Positions 23,411 through 36,749 are shown, counted from the first letter of the whole stretch. The stretch: DNA of 63,171 nt, filler included, from Globobulimina sp. (GCA_003354225.1; 35 parts of 35 records of this genome joined end to end with filler, not necessarily neighbours in it); one strand, 5' to 3'. Program-made: numbers and translations. Notes: generated by a model not told the origin, from the sequence alone.

Positions 23411-23512
23411 TTNNNNNNNNNNNNNNNNNNNNNNNNNNNNNNNNNNNNNNNNNNNNTTAATTAATTAANNNNNNNNNNNNNNNNNNNNNNNNNNNNNNNN
23501 NNNNNNNNNNNN

Positions 23513-25019
23513 TATCATTATTGTCATTATCCGCATGATACTTAGTGTTATTATGATCGTCATCTGCGCGTGTCTGGCTACTCTGTTTTCGATAGCAACT
23601 TTCACAGATTATGGCATAAACGGATGGCTCATACACGGAACAGTCGTCGCAGATATTTTTCTTACATAAATAACAGCCACCCGGCACTAATAATGGTTGG
23701 TCTGCATATTTTAATGCTTGTAAAGAGCAGATGGAACACCTCCATTGTTCGCCACATTCGACACATAAAATAGGCATAAAATGATCTGTATCATCCCCTG
23801 AATGCATATGATAAATATCTCTCGGTGTCGCAGTTGATTCATTTGAACCTGACCAGCTCCATTCTTCTACGTTTAAATAATATCGAATCACATCATTCTC
23901 ATCGCACACAACTAGCGAACCATTATATTCTTGATAATCGCGATAACATTCAATAAATCCGAATTGTGAATCACATTCACAACATTCCATATAATGCGTT
24001 GACGCGTATTCTGCGATTAATTTTTGCAAATATTCTGCAAAGGATAGCAGTTTTAATGTATTATAGATTGCTATCGTCGATTCAATGTATCTTAAATCTA
24101 CATCAAATGGCGGATATTTTGTTAACTCATCTGATAATTCTGATTGATTCGCATCTAATAAACTAATCGTTATAATTGTATCGTTCTTGTTACATATATT
24201 ACCGTTAATATTTTCTTTATAATACGTGAAAACTGCAAATGTAACACAGGTAATCTTGGCGCTGAACGCAAAAGTAAATAATACCACTCTCCATATAGTA
24301 CAATTGCAAACATTTGAAATATCAGCAATTACAAATGTTAACAACATCAATAATATGCATAATAGGATTAAAAATAGAAAGTATTTAATGGATTGTATTT
24401 CATGTACTTCTTTGTTGCTATATTTAATAAAACGGATAAGTTTTAGTACACAAATAGCTAAGATAAGAACACTGAAAACAGATTGTATGGTAAACAGTAA
24501 TAAAGTCATCCAAAAGTGTACCACCACTTGACACTGTTTGTATGTATGGCTATTTTGCGCAAATATTGAATTTGCAGTGTATCTATGCTTTGGTGTTGTT
24601 AATACAGTGATTAATATGAAAGATGCGATAATTGTTGTTGTGAATATTAATAGTTTATAAAGAATCTGGTTTAATGACAATAGATAGTGACTCCGTGTTA
24701 AGATAAATACATCAAAACACAATCTGTTAATACATGACGTTATCTGCGTGATTTGCAATCCGAAAATACAGTATGAATCAAGAAGTGGCAGTAGAAATAT
24801 TAAATTATTGTCTAATATTCCAGACCAAATAGTTTCTATAATTGATGCTAGCATGATGGTGAAATATAAAATTGACAATATGCTGCTTTTTCCATGTACA
24901 GATGCACCATACATCAAACTACTAAGTGCAATCGAACACGCTGTACAGAGGACAATACATAGAATGGATCCGATTGCTGAGACTTGTAGTGTTAGGATTG
25001 TTGTTTCCTTTAAGTGCAT
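23513..25019 (-). CDS. 7TM GPCR-like membrane protein with C-terminal Cys-rich (Zn-finger-like) region, 3' partial
   Basis: About 7 hydrophobic segments, then CCECD, CVEC, CSIC, CYLC..CDDC..CESC. Confidence 0.65.
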
Positions 25020-25320
25020 GATGAATTCAATCTGAAATTGAAATTGACATCAACTTCAATGGGTTGACTAGATCTAGAGTAAAACAAAAATGTAAAAAAA
25101 AAACATTGTCTGCTGAGTTTCCACATTTACAAAGTGATATTTTTTATTATGAAGCATATGCATTGCCATTTATTTGTTCTTAAGAATATGGCAGTGTTCA
25201 TATGGCAAGGATTCGTGTTTNNNNNNNNNNNNNNNNNNNNNNNNNNNNNNNNNNNNNNNNNNNNTTAATTAATTAANNNNNNNNNNNNNNNNNNNNNNNN
25301 NNNNNNNNNNNNNNNNNNNN

Positions 25321-26066
25321 CATACAAAATGGACGGCAAGAAAAAGATAGATTCGTTAGGCGACGGTTCCCCAATATTTAAATTAGCGCATGTCCAGGCC
25401 TTCAGAACCGAGATAATGATGGATAACATTGCTATGCATCCGCTGTCATGGTATCATCAGAATATATCCCTCGACGACATGTCTTGCTTTACCATCATCG
25501 TGCATTTACAGGTCAAATCACTCAAAACCTCCTTCATTACTTATCATGTATTGACTGCGGACGAATTGCAAGGATATAACAGCAATGGCACACCCATTGT
25601 AAAAGGAGACAAGTCGGTGACAAAATTATTAGATTTGATCTTGAACTGCAATGATAACGACCTCATCAAGAAGCGACTCAAATTGATACCGCGCATATTG
25701 TCGGGGCCATATCCGGTGAAGAGAGTGGTGGAGAATCGGCCGGTCTTATTAGGCAATAAGGTGCCGCACAAATATTATCGGGGCAGTAATTATTTTGAGA
25801 TTGATAGCCGCGTCGATGAGAGCATGGTGGCCGCCAGCATTATTCGGCTATGTCACCGCTTTGCGAAGCGGATCGTGGTGGAAATGGCTTGGACCATTCA
25901 GGGCGAAGAGAGGGACGAATTGCCAGAACGATTAATCTGTGGCTGTACCATTCATAATATGGATTTCTCAAAATGTAAAGATGTCAACTATGAAATGCAG
26001 CATTGTCCGAAATTAAAATATAAAAAGTATAATGATCATGAGGAAGAAAAGCAAGATAATAAATGA
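25321..26066 (+). CDS. EDR2 C-terminal (DUF1336) domain protein, 5' partial
   Basis: RLKLIPRILSGP..VKRVV...PVLLG, YFEID, EMAWTIQGEERDELPERLI. Confidence 0.85.
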
Positions 26067-26399
26067 TTTTTTTACAAACTTATGTGCTTTCAGAATACTA
26101 ATAAGTTTTTTTTTGTTTTGGTTTGTTTTTTTTTAATTAAGTTCTGTCGAGAAAACTGAAACAAAAACACTGTTTTTGCGTTGTATACATGCTTTTACAC
26201 AGATCTGACTGTTAAAATAACCTTTTTTTGAGATATTTTGTACGGCCTGTTTAGGATATTTTTTTAACAGTTTTCTGTGTAAAAATGCTGGTGTTGCTGA
26301 TTTATTATCAGTGCATAGCATGTTTAGGTTCATGTATGCATTGATTATCAGTGCAGTGCATAGCATTGATCTTAATTACAGTTAATTAATGTGACTGTG

Positions 26400-27028
26400 A
26401 TGTATATTAACAAAATAGGAAGCATATAACAGATGGTCATTTTCGGGAATTAAAGAAATCTCATCAAATTGTAGTAGGTGAAGAGTTCGATTCATTCCCA
26501 GAATTTTATCATTTACCGCAAAGACATGGCAATATTCCTTTATTTGGATCAAAATTTAATTTAATAAGTGCCAAATATAAACATGTATTGACGACCTGGA
26601 GTGAGGATAAAGATAATGGCCATGGATATGTATCGTCACATACACAAATAACAAATAATTTGAATAAAAATCATGATCATGCGTCAATATCAGCAATTTG
26701 GACAATTGAGCCAGGATTCCATAAACATTCTGTTGTAATAAAAGATTATTTTGATAGAAAATTAGGAATTGATCATGTAAATGATAGTTTTAATAACATT
26801 GACATCATTTTAATGAAAACAGTAAGCCACACTTCATCCTATTCGTGGTTTATTAGCACCAACAAATACGGGAATCAGAATGGATTAATATTTGAATCGA
26901 TGAAACATAAATATATATTAAGCATTGATACAAAGGGTGAGCCATATGCTATTCATAAATCATTGCGTCACAAAGACATCGATGGCTGGACATTCAAAAA
27001 TATCAATTATTCCGACTATCAACAGCAT
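26400..27028 (+). CDS. Hypothetical protein, possible beta-trefoil/MIR-like fragment
   Basis: ORF 26588 onward with a plausible upstream exon; weak pattern only. Confidence 0.3.
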
Positions 27029-27128
27029 NNNNNNNNNNNNNNNNNNNNNNNNNNNNNNNNNNNNNNNNNNNNTTAATTAATTAANNNNNNNNNNNNNNNN
27101 NNNNNNNNNNNNNNNNNNNNNNNNNNNN

Positions 27129-27554
27129 AATGTTCAAAAAGCAATTTTAAGCAGTACGCAATGTGAGGATACTACGGTGAGTCATGACGGCATGAAGATA
27201 TTATTGAAAATATCCTTAAATGATGAAAGTAAATGGTTGTTTGACAAAACTTTATTTTTCAATGGCTCAAAAGTGACATGGAAGCAAATTAGATCGTATC
27301 TACGGAAAATTGTCAGTGTGAGAGATGATATGAGGGATTTTTTTAATGATCAGGAACGGGATAGAAATTATATTAAAAATAAAGCGGAGATTATATCGGA
27401 AATTAGTGAGAATGTTGAAAAGAATAATAAGCACAATGCAAGTAATCTGAATCAACAGCAAGAAATTATAAATATTTTGCAATCGATACAATCACAAAAT
27501 CTTAATCTAAAAAAAGAAATTGATGCTTTGAAAAATCAATTAAAACAAAAATAA
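27129..27554 (+). CDS. Hypothetical protein C-terminal fragment with terminal coiled coil
   Basis: Open frame with heptad-like C-terminus. Confidence 0.45.
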   Translation, partial: NVQKAILSSTQCEDTTVSHDGMKILLKISLNDESKWLFDKTLFFNGSKVTWKQIRSYLRKIVSVRDDMRDFFNDQERDRNYIKNKAEIISEISENVEKNNKHNASNLNQQQEIINILQSIQSQNLNLKKEIDALKNQLKQK

Positions 27555-27913
27555 ATATTGCCAGCAAATTGGTATTCTTGTACATGTTCCGTTGTTTGCC
27601 TTTTTTTGTGTTGTTTTTTTTATGTTTGTTGCAAACATCGACCGATTTTCAGAAACATTGTTCTATCACATCACCATCAGACGATGCAGCGTGTATATTT
27701 TTTTTATGTGTGCTGAAATTCAAATTGATTTATTAGTCTCTTTTAGAGCTCTCTTAATAACTAAAACGTATGTTTCTGCATCGCACTTTTAATTAACAAA
27801 TTTTAAAGCAATACTTAATTATTAACACCACAACAAAAACAAACAATACATTGCCAAGAAATAATTCCTTGATGAAATTTATATTAAATATCAAATGGAT
27901 ATGTATCACAGCT

Positions 27914-28513
27914 TCACAGTGCATTCCGTACACCAATATAGCCTCCGCATTGTGAGCATGTATGATGTGCGTCTTTTAAATCATTGATACAAAATGGAAT
28001 TAAACAACAACCCAAAGCACCTCCGAAACAAAATACGCCCAAACAGGCCAACCACGTCGCCGCACCACTTTCATATCGCACTGTTGTTTGAACATTCTAT
28101 GTAATAATATAATATATACGATGACTGCATCAATAATCAATTAAAAATCAGAGATATTAACTGTTTTGCAATGTGGACATGTAACAATCGCTGGCCTGGT
28201 TGGTAATTTTTGGTGCGTTACAATTGGCTGTGTTGGAACTTGCTGAATATCATATGTTTTGCATGAAATATGAATAAAGATTAAATAAAAGGCTTACCTG
28301 AACAACAACTAGTTTGGGTTGTTGACCTTGTGCTACATGTTGATAAACTACTTGCTGTGGCGGTAGTCCTTGTTGTGGCGGTTGTACATACACCACTTGC
28401 TGCGGTTGTCCTTGTTGCTGATAACCTACTTGTTGTGGTGGTGCTTGTTGTTGATAAACCACTTGTGGTTGGACCTGTTGTCCTGGCGGATTATATCCTT
28501 CTGGAGTTGCCAT
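27914..28513 (-). CDS. LITAF/CDIP1-like zinc-ribbon membrane protein; introns 28243-28297 and 28097-28161
   Basis: Gln/Pro-rich N-terminus; spliced C-terminus VTCPHCKT|NVQTTVRYESGAATW...GCCLIPFCINDLKDAHHTCSQC. Confidence 0.92.
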
Positions 28514-28936
28514 TCACAAACAAAACTTTGTGTAAGGACTACTTCAATGACTACTTCAATATCTAAGATCTCATGAGTTGGACTTGAAATATAAAAATGA
28601 AATCATTTCATTCAATACTAATTGTACATTTGTATATAATTCACTCAGTTTTAAACAAAGGGGCTGGTTATCCAAATAAGAACATATTTATTGATATATG
28701 TATATATGTATATATAATATTTAACAACATTTGTTACACTGTTTACAACACCATATTGGCCCAATACATATCCGTTTGTATATATTATCAGTGAATGCAA
28801 ACGATAGCATCAAACAAACATTATTTACAAACATATNNNNNNNNNNNNNNNNNNNNNNNNNNNNNNNNNNNNNNNNNNNNTTAATTAATTAANNNNNNNN
28901 NNNNNNNNNNNNNNNNNNNNNNNNNNNNNNNNNNNN

Positions 28937-30643
28937 TGCCAATCATGGATATTTTCAGAATTATTTTGATAGAAACAGCGGCAAACCCACTCAAATCAAC
29001 ACATTATTGGACAGAATGGAGCGTGATTTGCAATTTATTTTCAGTGACAATTTCCTCAATAACTCATTCACTTTGCGTACTAAAAAAATATACTCATTAA
29101 TTGTCTCACTGCATCAAGCTTTTATGGAATACAAACTGTCGCTTTTATTGCCTGTCTGTAAGATGAAACTGCTTCAATTGGACGCAATGTTTTTGTCACT
29201 CATTAAATGGTTCAATCGGTTCAAACGATACCATCGTTCGCCACAAATTCACAAACATAAACAGCAAATTAACAAATTGAAGATCAATGTTGATATATTA
29301 ATCAATAACATCGAGTCGAATTGTTCCGTTATCTTATATGCTTTGATCAGAACCAAACAATTATACATAGAGTTTCACAAAAATAGCAAACTCTTAATAT
29401 TTTGGATCGAGCTCTTCCCGGAGGATGAATTGGAATTTATTCAGTTGTCTTGGATCAATTTTGTGAACAGTATCCGCGTCAATAAATCCTTCAAAAAGTT
29501 CAAAATGTTCAACGCAGAGGAAATGACTAATGTATTGACCGAAAATTATGAAATATTGAGCATTTCAGAGTTCTTAAAATATGTTTTGGAGTACGATTCG
29601 GTGGGCGGTTGGTTGGATGATATGTATGCGTATATTAGCGAAGAAATAAAGAATCCGCACAAGAAATGCAAATCGCGCACCCAATCTCTCACTGATTTGG
29701 ACAGTATCACTCAGAGCAATGTTGAGCAACGCGTACGTCCAGCGAATAACGAGCAAGTCCTGTTTGATAGGCAGGACAGTGTTATTATACACGATGTGGA
29801 CTCTGATAACAGTATGGATGGAGTGGAGGAGCACACTGCAGCTAATTATGAGAATGGCGGTCACTGTGAAAGTATGGGGCGTAGCTCGTCCACTTCATCG
29901 GAGATGGTGGTCCAACGCGAGAGAGATGAATGGAAGAAAGTTATTAAATCGTTGCAAGACGAAATCAGTCAATTAAAGAGTGACAATTACGAATATAGTG
30001 AGAAGATTAGAGGTTATGAGTTGCGAATGAATGGTGCTCGGACACAAACGAAGCAATTTTTCAATCTCGAAAGAAAATTAGATTATCACGAGAGGTTAGC
30101 GGCGTTATTAAAGCATCGATGTCTTAGTTTGCATCAACAAATGGACCAAGATTTAATTCAATTTACTCAGTGGACGGATAATAACAATAATAACAGCAAC
30201 ATAGAGCTAGAAACGCAAATATCAGAAATACGAACTTCGTTATCCAATATAAAAAAACATGTGGCTGAAAAAACAAAAATCAAAACAATATGCAATGACA
30301 TATTGGAAGAAAACAATCAACATTGTAATAGCACATCAGACATTGTGTTGGAAAGAGTGTGTAAATCGTTCGAGTTGGCGTTATCTGAAATATATTGTAT
30401 TCAGCAACAATTACAAGATATAAATGGAGATGGATCAGATGGGAATTATAAGAGCGCAGTGCCTAAGCGGGTACATTTTGGCAAGTGTCATTCAGCATTG
30501 TTGACGCCGCCAATACCACACATCTTTAATAAGTTTAATGTCGCCGCAGCCGCATCACCCACAGAGCCTCAGCCGCGAGAGTTTGACAACAGTACATTGC
30601 GACTCTCGTTCAGCACAGAATCATTTGCATCAGTCTACGCTCA
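28937..30643 (+). CDS. Coiled-coil hypothetical protein (partial)
   Basis: ORF spans the whole contig. Confidence 0.6.
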
Positions 30644-30743
30644 ANNNNNNNNNNNNNNNNNNNNNNNNNNNNNNNNNNNNNNNNNNNNTTAATTAATTAA
30701 NNNNNNNNNNNNNNNNNNNNNNNNNNNNNNNNNNNNNNNNNNN

Positions 30744-31010
30744 NACATCGAACGGATTAAATATTATTGTTGGCGCCACAATAAATGATGTTATAAATCC
30801 TGTAAATGATAAAACATTTACTGCATTAATTATTTTCTTAGAATTTGATGTATAAATTAATTCAAAGTTATTATTGTTGATTTTGTCTTCTAACTGAAAA
30901 TGAAATTTTGATGTAATATATGGTGAATATTTTGATGATGAAGAAACGGTTTTGATTGCTTTGCAAGCAATTCCATGAAATAATTTTATTTTGGGAACAT
31001 TGAATATCAT
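30744..31010 (-). CDS. TMEM70/TMEM186-like mitochondrial membrane protein, 3' partial
   Basis: Basic presequence-like N-terminus then ELIYTS...VNVLSFTGFITSFIVAP hydrophobic segment. Confidence 0.5.
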
Positions 31011-31051
31011 AATAAAAATAAGTTTCGAACTTCGCAGTTTTCCCAATAAAG

Positions 31052-32325
31052 ATGGGAAATGTTATTTCCACATTACTTTCCAATACAGCCGTTAAATGGT
31101 TATTTGTAATATTTTTAGTTACCATATTATTATACAAACTTTCTAGATATCAAAAACCAAAACAAATCGTTGAGATCAAAAACATAGATGATTTAAAATG
31201 GGTCGATATCCCACCAACTCCAGCAACAACATTACCACTTTCATACTTCATATTATATTGCATTTCCACAACTTTTCTTTTCCCAATTCATATTCTTATT
31301 TGTTTAATAAATGGAACCTATAAATTACTAATCTATGCAATAAATAAATTATTTTTTCATAAATCAAAAGCATTACTAACTCCAATTTACTCCTCGCCGA
31401 ATTCATATGTAATCATAACTGGCGCGGCCAGCGGTATTGGTAAAGATATGGCATTATGTTATGCTGAAAAAGGATTTTCAATCATATTAATTGATATAAA
31501 TTCAACTGTCGAATCATATGCAAATGAATTAGGAAACAAATTTTCAAATCAATTTTTCCGGCATTTAACCATTGATTTAAGTGCTCCCAATGCAGCAAAT
31601 GAGATATATAATACAATAATAAATAAATGGAAGATATCTGATGTTGTAATATTAGTAAACAACGCTGGGTTTGGTCTTAGCGGCGAGTTTTTAAATCAAA
31701 ATATAAAATCATTAACGTAGTGCATGAATTAAATGATGAAATATATAATTTTTTTGCACAATGCACAATGAACAAATTAATATTATTTAATGCATGTACT
31801 ACGTTAAGAACAATGGTCAGTGTGAATGCAATTATTTGTATTGAATTAGGGCAAATATTTGGAAGATACTTTGTAATGAGAGGCAAGGGAAGAATATGTC
31901 AAATGGCATCAACTGCGGCATATTTGCCTGGTGTGTCCCATGCAGTGTATCATGCGACAAAAGCATTTGTAAGGAATTGGGCCATGGCATTTGGATATGA
32001 GTTGATTGCAACGGGTGTTGGTGTTACTGTTGTCAGTCCAGCTCCAGTTCGAACATTATTTGCAAAAAAATCAAATATGACTGGAAGTTTAATATTTGGT
32101 GCAATGTCGGAATATTTTACATATTCATCAATGTCTGTTGCTAGAGCTGCGGTGAAAGCAACGTTAAATGGGAAACGAGAAATTGTTCATGGACCATTGT
32201 TTAGCTGTTTACAAAGTATATTCCGTGTTTATGGGGAAACATATAATATAATGACTGGCAAATTTTTGCAGCAAGATCGGACAGCAAAACATCGATCTGC
32301 ATTTCAAAAATATCAAATGAATTAA
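31052..32325 (+). CDS. Membrane-anchored short-chain dehydrogenase/reductase; intron 31717-31808
   Basis: ITGAASGIG, LVNNAGFG, MASTAA, YHATK; the intron joins the two ORFs in frame. Confidence 0.92.
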
Positions 32326-32552
32326 TATACGTAATTGATGACACACCAAAAAAATGACTATTGCATATTTAAAATTTAAATAAACATAATATTTTACCCA
32401 AAAAAACGCAGTAAAAGTGGAATTACTCCACTCCTTTTGACCCGTTTACCACNNNNNNNNNNNNNNNNNNNNNNNNNNNNNNNNNNNNNNNNNNNNTTAA
32501 TTAATTAANNNNNNNNNNNNNNNNNNNNNNNNNNNNNNNNNNNNNNNNNNNN

Positions 32553-32978
32553 CATTAATAAATAAACATCTCTGCCATATCGATGATCATCTTGTAATTC
32601 TGAGATAATATCTTGTGTTTTCTTTGGATATGCATCATAATCCACAAATAATTCCTCTTTCTTTTGCATTAAATCATATATTAATTCTTCTTTTCCATGA
32701 TGGCAACCAGCACTATATTCCTCTGAAAATTGCAAAAATTTATTCAAATCACCCATATATTCATTTGGTACTTCATCAGTGCTGGCTTCTGTATTCATTT
32801 TATCTAAAAATATGTCAAATGATTGTAATGTTGATTTGATTCGTACATGTTCCTGTTTCAATGTTTCCATACAACGCAATGGATTGTTTGAGATTCCCTC
32901 TCCAAAGAAACGACATTTCGCCCGTCTCATTACCATTGATTTCATGATATGGGCAACTCTGTGTGATTTCAACATCAT
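32553..32978 (-). CDS. Hemerythrin-like (HHE cation-binding) domain protein, 3' partial
   Basis: LKQEH, CHHGKEE, LQDDH metal-ligand pattern; basic presequence-like N-terminus. Confidence 0.75.
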
Positions 32979-33037
32979 TATTTATAAAGATTTTTTAACT
33001 GACTTTAAATTCACTTAAAAATAGTAAAAACTTTTAC

Positions 33038-33717
33038 ATGCGGACAATGGTACCATCAATTTTTGTATTAATAATATTAGTGCATATTTCATATTCAATA
33101 TCATTCTTTCTCACAAATAAAGAAACAAAATGTTTAAGGTAGGCAGTGCGCGAAATACCACATCATTTTATATATTATTTATTTGGTTTTTTTGATGCAT
33201 AAATAGTGATTATTTGAGTGAAACTGAACTATTAATTGGAGAGTTTAGTATTGATCCAATACGACGGGACAACATCGATGAAGGAGTATTAATGACAGTG
33301 TCTGATCCGACAGAAGACACAGTTTATGAAAAGAATGTGGATAATGGCAAATTCGCATTTACATCACCAGAAGATGGGGAATATGTATTTTGTTTTAATA
33401 ATTACGATGATTTGGAAAAAACAGTTAAATTTAACACGCATTCTGGTGTCAAAGCAAAAGACTATTCAGATATTGTAAAAAAAGAAAATTTAAAACCTTT
33501 GGAAGCCAAATTAAAAAGATTGGAAGATTTAGCAAGAGAAACATTGGAAAGATATACCTCTGTCAGAATAATGGAAGATGAGATTTATAATGATAACAGA
33601 AGCACGACGTCCACTGCGTTTTGGTTCGGAGTATTATTAACTATCATTTTATGTGGAATGGCATTTTGGCAAATGTATCACTTGAAAAACTTCTTTAAAA
33701 AACAGAAAATCTTTTGA
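33038..33717 (+). CDS. p24/emp24/TMED GOLD-domain cargo receptor; intron 33139-33206
   Basis: Signal peptide, GKFAFTS..DGEY.FCF, LKPLEAKLKRLE, TM helix, HLKNFFKKQK tail. Confidence 0.93.
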
Positions 33718-33794
33718 TTATTTACACATTTTTTAAATACACGCGTTTTTCCACAGTTTTCAATGTGAAAAACTGTAAAAAAGGTAAAAGTAAC

Positions 33795-34260
33795 TCATCT
33801 TTTTTCCAATTCAATCCATAATCCATTAATAGGTCCTGATTGAGTATGGATTTCTTGATTTGGTTCCAAATTGAAATCAAATTCCTGGAAAAAATAAAAT
33901 AAAATAGTTTTAGCCACTGTGAGTGCCAATTTTCGTCCTAAACAAAGTCTTGGCTGGATATTAAAAAATGGGTAAACATATGTTGAGTGTTTGGTCATTC
34001 CTTTAAATTCATTTCCATCATAAAATCGCATTGGATCAAATGTTTCCGCATCTTTCCATAAATGTGAAGACCGGCCATAAATATATGTTGGGATTACAAC
34101 TTGATTGCCTTTGCGGATAATATATTTTTTCTCTTCTCCGTTCACAATGACAGCGGGCAATTTTACATCTTGTTGGGCGTAACGTATTAACCATGGCACT
34201 GCAGGATGCAATCGAAGCGTTTCTAATAAACATGCTTCTAAATAGTGCAATTTATTCACC
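33795..34260 (-). CDS. Cytochrome P450, C-terminal fragment
   Basis: ETLRLHP, FDPMRF, FNIQPRLCLG heme-thiolate motif. Confidence 0.95.
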
Positions 34261-34798
34261 NNNNNNNNNNNNNNNNNNNNNNNNNNNNNNNNNNNNNNNN
34301 NNNNTTAATTAATTAANNNNNNNNNNNNNNNNNNNNNNNNNNNNNNNNNNNNNNNNNNNNCAGATGATGCCGTATGGAGGCGGCGGAGGTGGAGGAGGAG
34401 GAGGTGGCCGATATAAAAGATGATTTGCTTTTTTTTTGGATGACTTTTATTTTAATACTATAAATTGAAATTTAAAGAGACTTATTTAACAAATTAAAAT
34501 AAAAATTTTAATAAATATATACGTATTGTTTTCTTTTTGCTTTTTTTGCTGAGGAGTAGATCACTTCGGACATAGTATTGGGTTATGAATGGAAAGCATA
34601 TACATATGCAAATTTGTACATGTTTGACGTTTATATTGTGATATCGTTGATTCTCAAACTTGTTTTTTTAAAAGTGATCTGGTTGTCCTTAGGTACAAAA
34701 TAATTCCATTTATTCAACTTTTTTCGTGCTGACTTTTGTGACGGAAGTGTCGGACTGTAACTCTTTTTTTATTCACCATTCAAAGTTTTTTCTCTAGC

Positions 34799-35974
34799 AT
34801 GTCGGAACAAATAAATGAACAAATACACGTTTCAATAAAGTTAAATGCGACAGTCACTGCAGAAATGTGCCATGAGTTGCATAAAGATTTGATATCGAAT
34901 GGTAACACAAACACACCAAATACACTTGAGCTTATCTCTATCATTGGTGGAATCGACATCATTTTGTCTCATTATTTATGTGAAAAGACATTAACTCATT
35001 TGCAATTACAACAAATCTACGAAATAATGGCAAATTACAAGAAACAATGCAAAGACCACCCACTAGAAACATCGAGTAACAAGGAATTGGTGTACCATTT
35101 CAATACAGAAGACACATATTTACATTCTCTATTTGGTGAATATTATGGCTCAAAACTGCTACATAACTTCATATACAACAAAACATTTTTGTATCCAATG
35201 TTTGTTTTGGTGAATCTTGGTTTGCTACAATTTTTTCGTGGATATATTGCAGATTTATTTATCATTATTCCAGCTTTTGCTATGTGGTCAGTTACTGTTC
35301 CATGGCTTATTTTATTGTTACTCTCAGTCAATATCAAAGCGTTCAAAATGATATTAAAGTCATTTGATTTTTGGTTTAAAGTGATATATATGATCATATT
35401 TGTTGTGACCAGGTTTATTTACATACAATATGTCGGCACAAATAGTGGGGCATGGCGTAGGAATATATATTGGTTTACATATGATGCAATATATGCATTT
35501 GTTCGATTGTTTACTATTTTAATTTGGTCCTCGTTGGATGCATTACAGCTGCCATTATACATGAAAATATATTTAGGGCTTCTCATAGCCATTGTTTATT
35601 CATTGAATGCTCTCACAATTTCTTTATATGCTGAATCTAACGGTGATGATTCAATTCTTCATATTACTGATTCGATGTCAATCTCATTAATATCTTACAT
35701 AGAAAGTTCTATCCGGATTGTTGCTATTTTTATGTGGAAACAAACGATATTATCCATTTTGAAAAAGAATAGATGCATTTTAATAAAATATTCTCCAGTT
35801 ATTCGATGGTTTGATATTGACAAAAGTAAAAGGAACAGCAGTAATAATGAGGGAATAACCAATGAGAAAGATATTGGATCTCAACTGGATGATCATCAAA
35901 CAGTCGAATTGACAGATTTTCAAACGGGAAATAGCAATGATAGCGCCAACAGTGACAACAGTACGAGATTGTGA
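34799..35974 (+). CDS. Multi-pass membrane hypothetical protein
   Basis: Complete 391-aa ORF with ~7 hydrophobic segments. Confidence 0.7.
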   Translation: MSEQINEQIHVSIKLNATVTAEMCHELHKDLISNGNTNTPNTLELISIIGGIDIILSHYLCEKTLTHLQLQQIYEIMANYKKQCKDHPLETSSNKELVYHFNTEDTYLHSLFGEYYGSKLLHNFIYNKTFLYPMFVLVNLGLLQFFRGYIADLFIIIPAFAMWSVTVPWLILLLLSVNIKAFKMILKSFDFWFKVIYMIIFVVTRFIYIQYVGTNSGAWRRNIYWFTYDAIYAFVRLFTILIWSSLDALQLPLYMKIYLGLLIAIVYSLNALTISLYAESNGDDSILHITDSMSISLISYIESSIRIVAIFMWKQTILSILKKNRCILIKYSPVIRWFDIDKSKRNSSNNEGITNEKDIGSQLDDHQTVELTDFQTGNSNDSANSDNSTRL

Positions 35975-36168
35975 ATGTGAAATATTGTACTTTAAAGAGT
36001 TAGATTGTAGCACACTTAATTCTAAGATTAAAATGGTGAAGCTCTCAACGTGGACGCCGACCGCGCTGNNNNNNNNNNNNNNNNNNNNNNNNNNNNNNNN
36101 NNNNNNNNNNNNTTAATTAATTAANNNNNNNNNNNNNNNNNNNNNNNNNNNNNNNNNNNNNNNNNNNN

Positions 36169-36349
36169 GCCTATCATTCAACAGATTTAGGTCTATGACA
36201 AACACATACAAGGTATCAATACTATTTTCAATGAGAGTATTGACTAATGATTCCGATGCCTTTTGTGATATCATCCATTCATAAAATTCAGATTCGTGGC
36301 TTTCATCCTTATTGTCTTCTCCCCTCCTTCCTGTACCCTCAATATTCAT
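36169..36349 (-). CDS. Possible SAM-domain protein, first exon
   Basis: FYEWM...LVNTLIENSIDTL followed by a GT donor. Confidence 0.35.
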
Positions 36350-36749
36350 ATTACTTTCAACTAACTCACCTCAGAAAAACCTCTCACCCGACGTCTGATA
36401 CTTTTCACAGATTCAATGACCAACTTTGTCTCCCTAATTGTCACTCCCTCAAATATTAAGAAATTAACATATGCGTATTTATTTAGAAACACACAGAAAC
36501 ACATTATAGATGCGCAGATATTATTATGGACAACAAATCTACAACTTAATAGCAGACCGCTTAGCGTTCGTTGGAAGAATACATCCCAATAACAGCAATC
36601 TCATAATCGCTGACCCAAATTCTGTCCAGTCATGGATCCCTTTATAATCTCACGGGATGTCCCAGCAATCCACGACTGGAATCTGACTTACAACCCGATT
36701 GAACTTTGTACCACTACTACTAACACAATCAAACCAAAAACAGCTAGTC

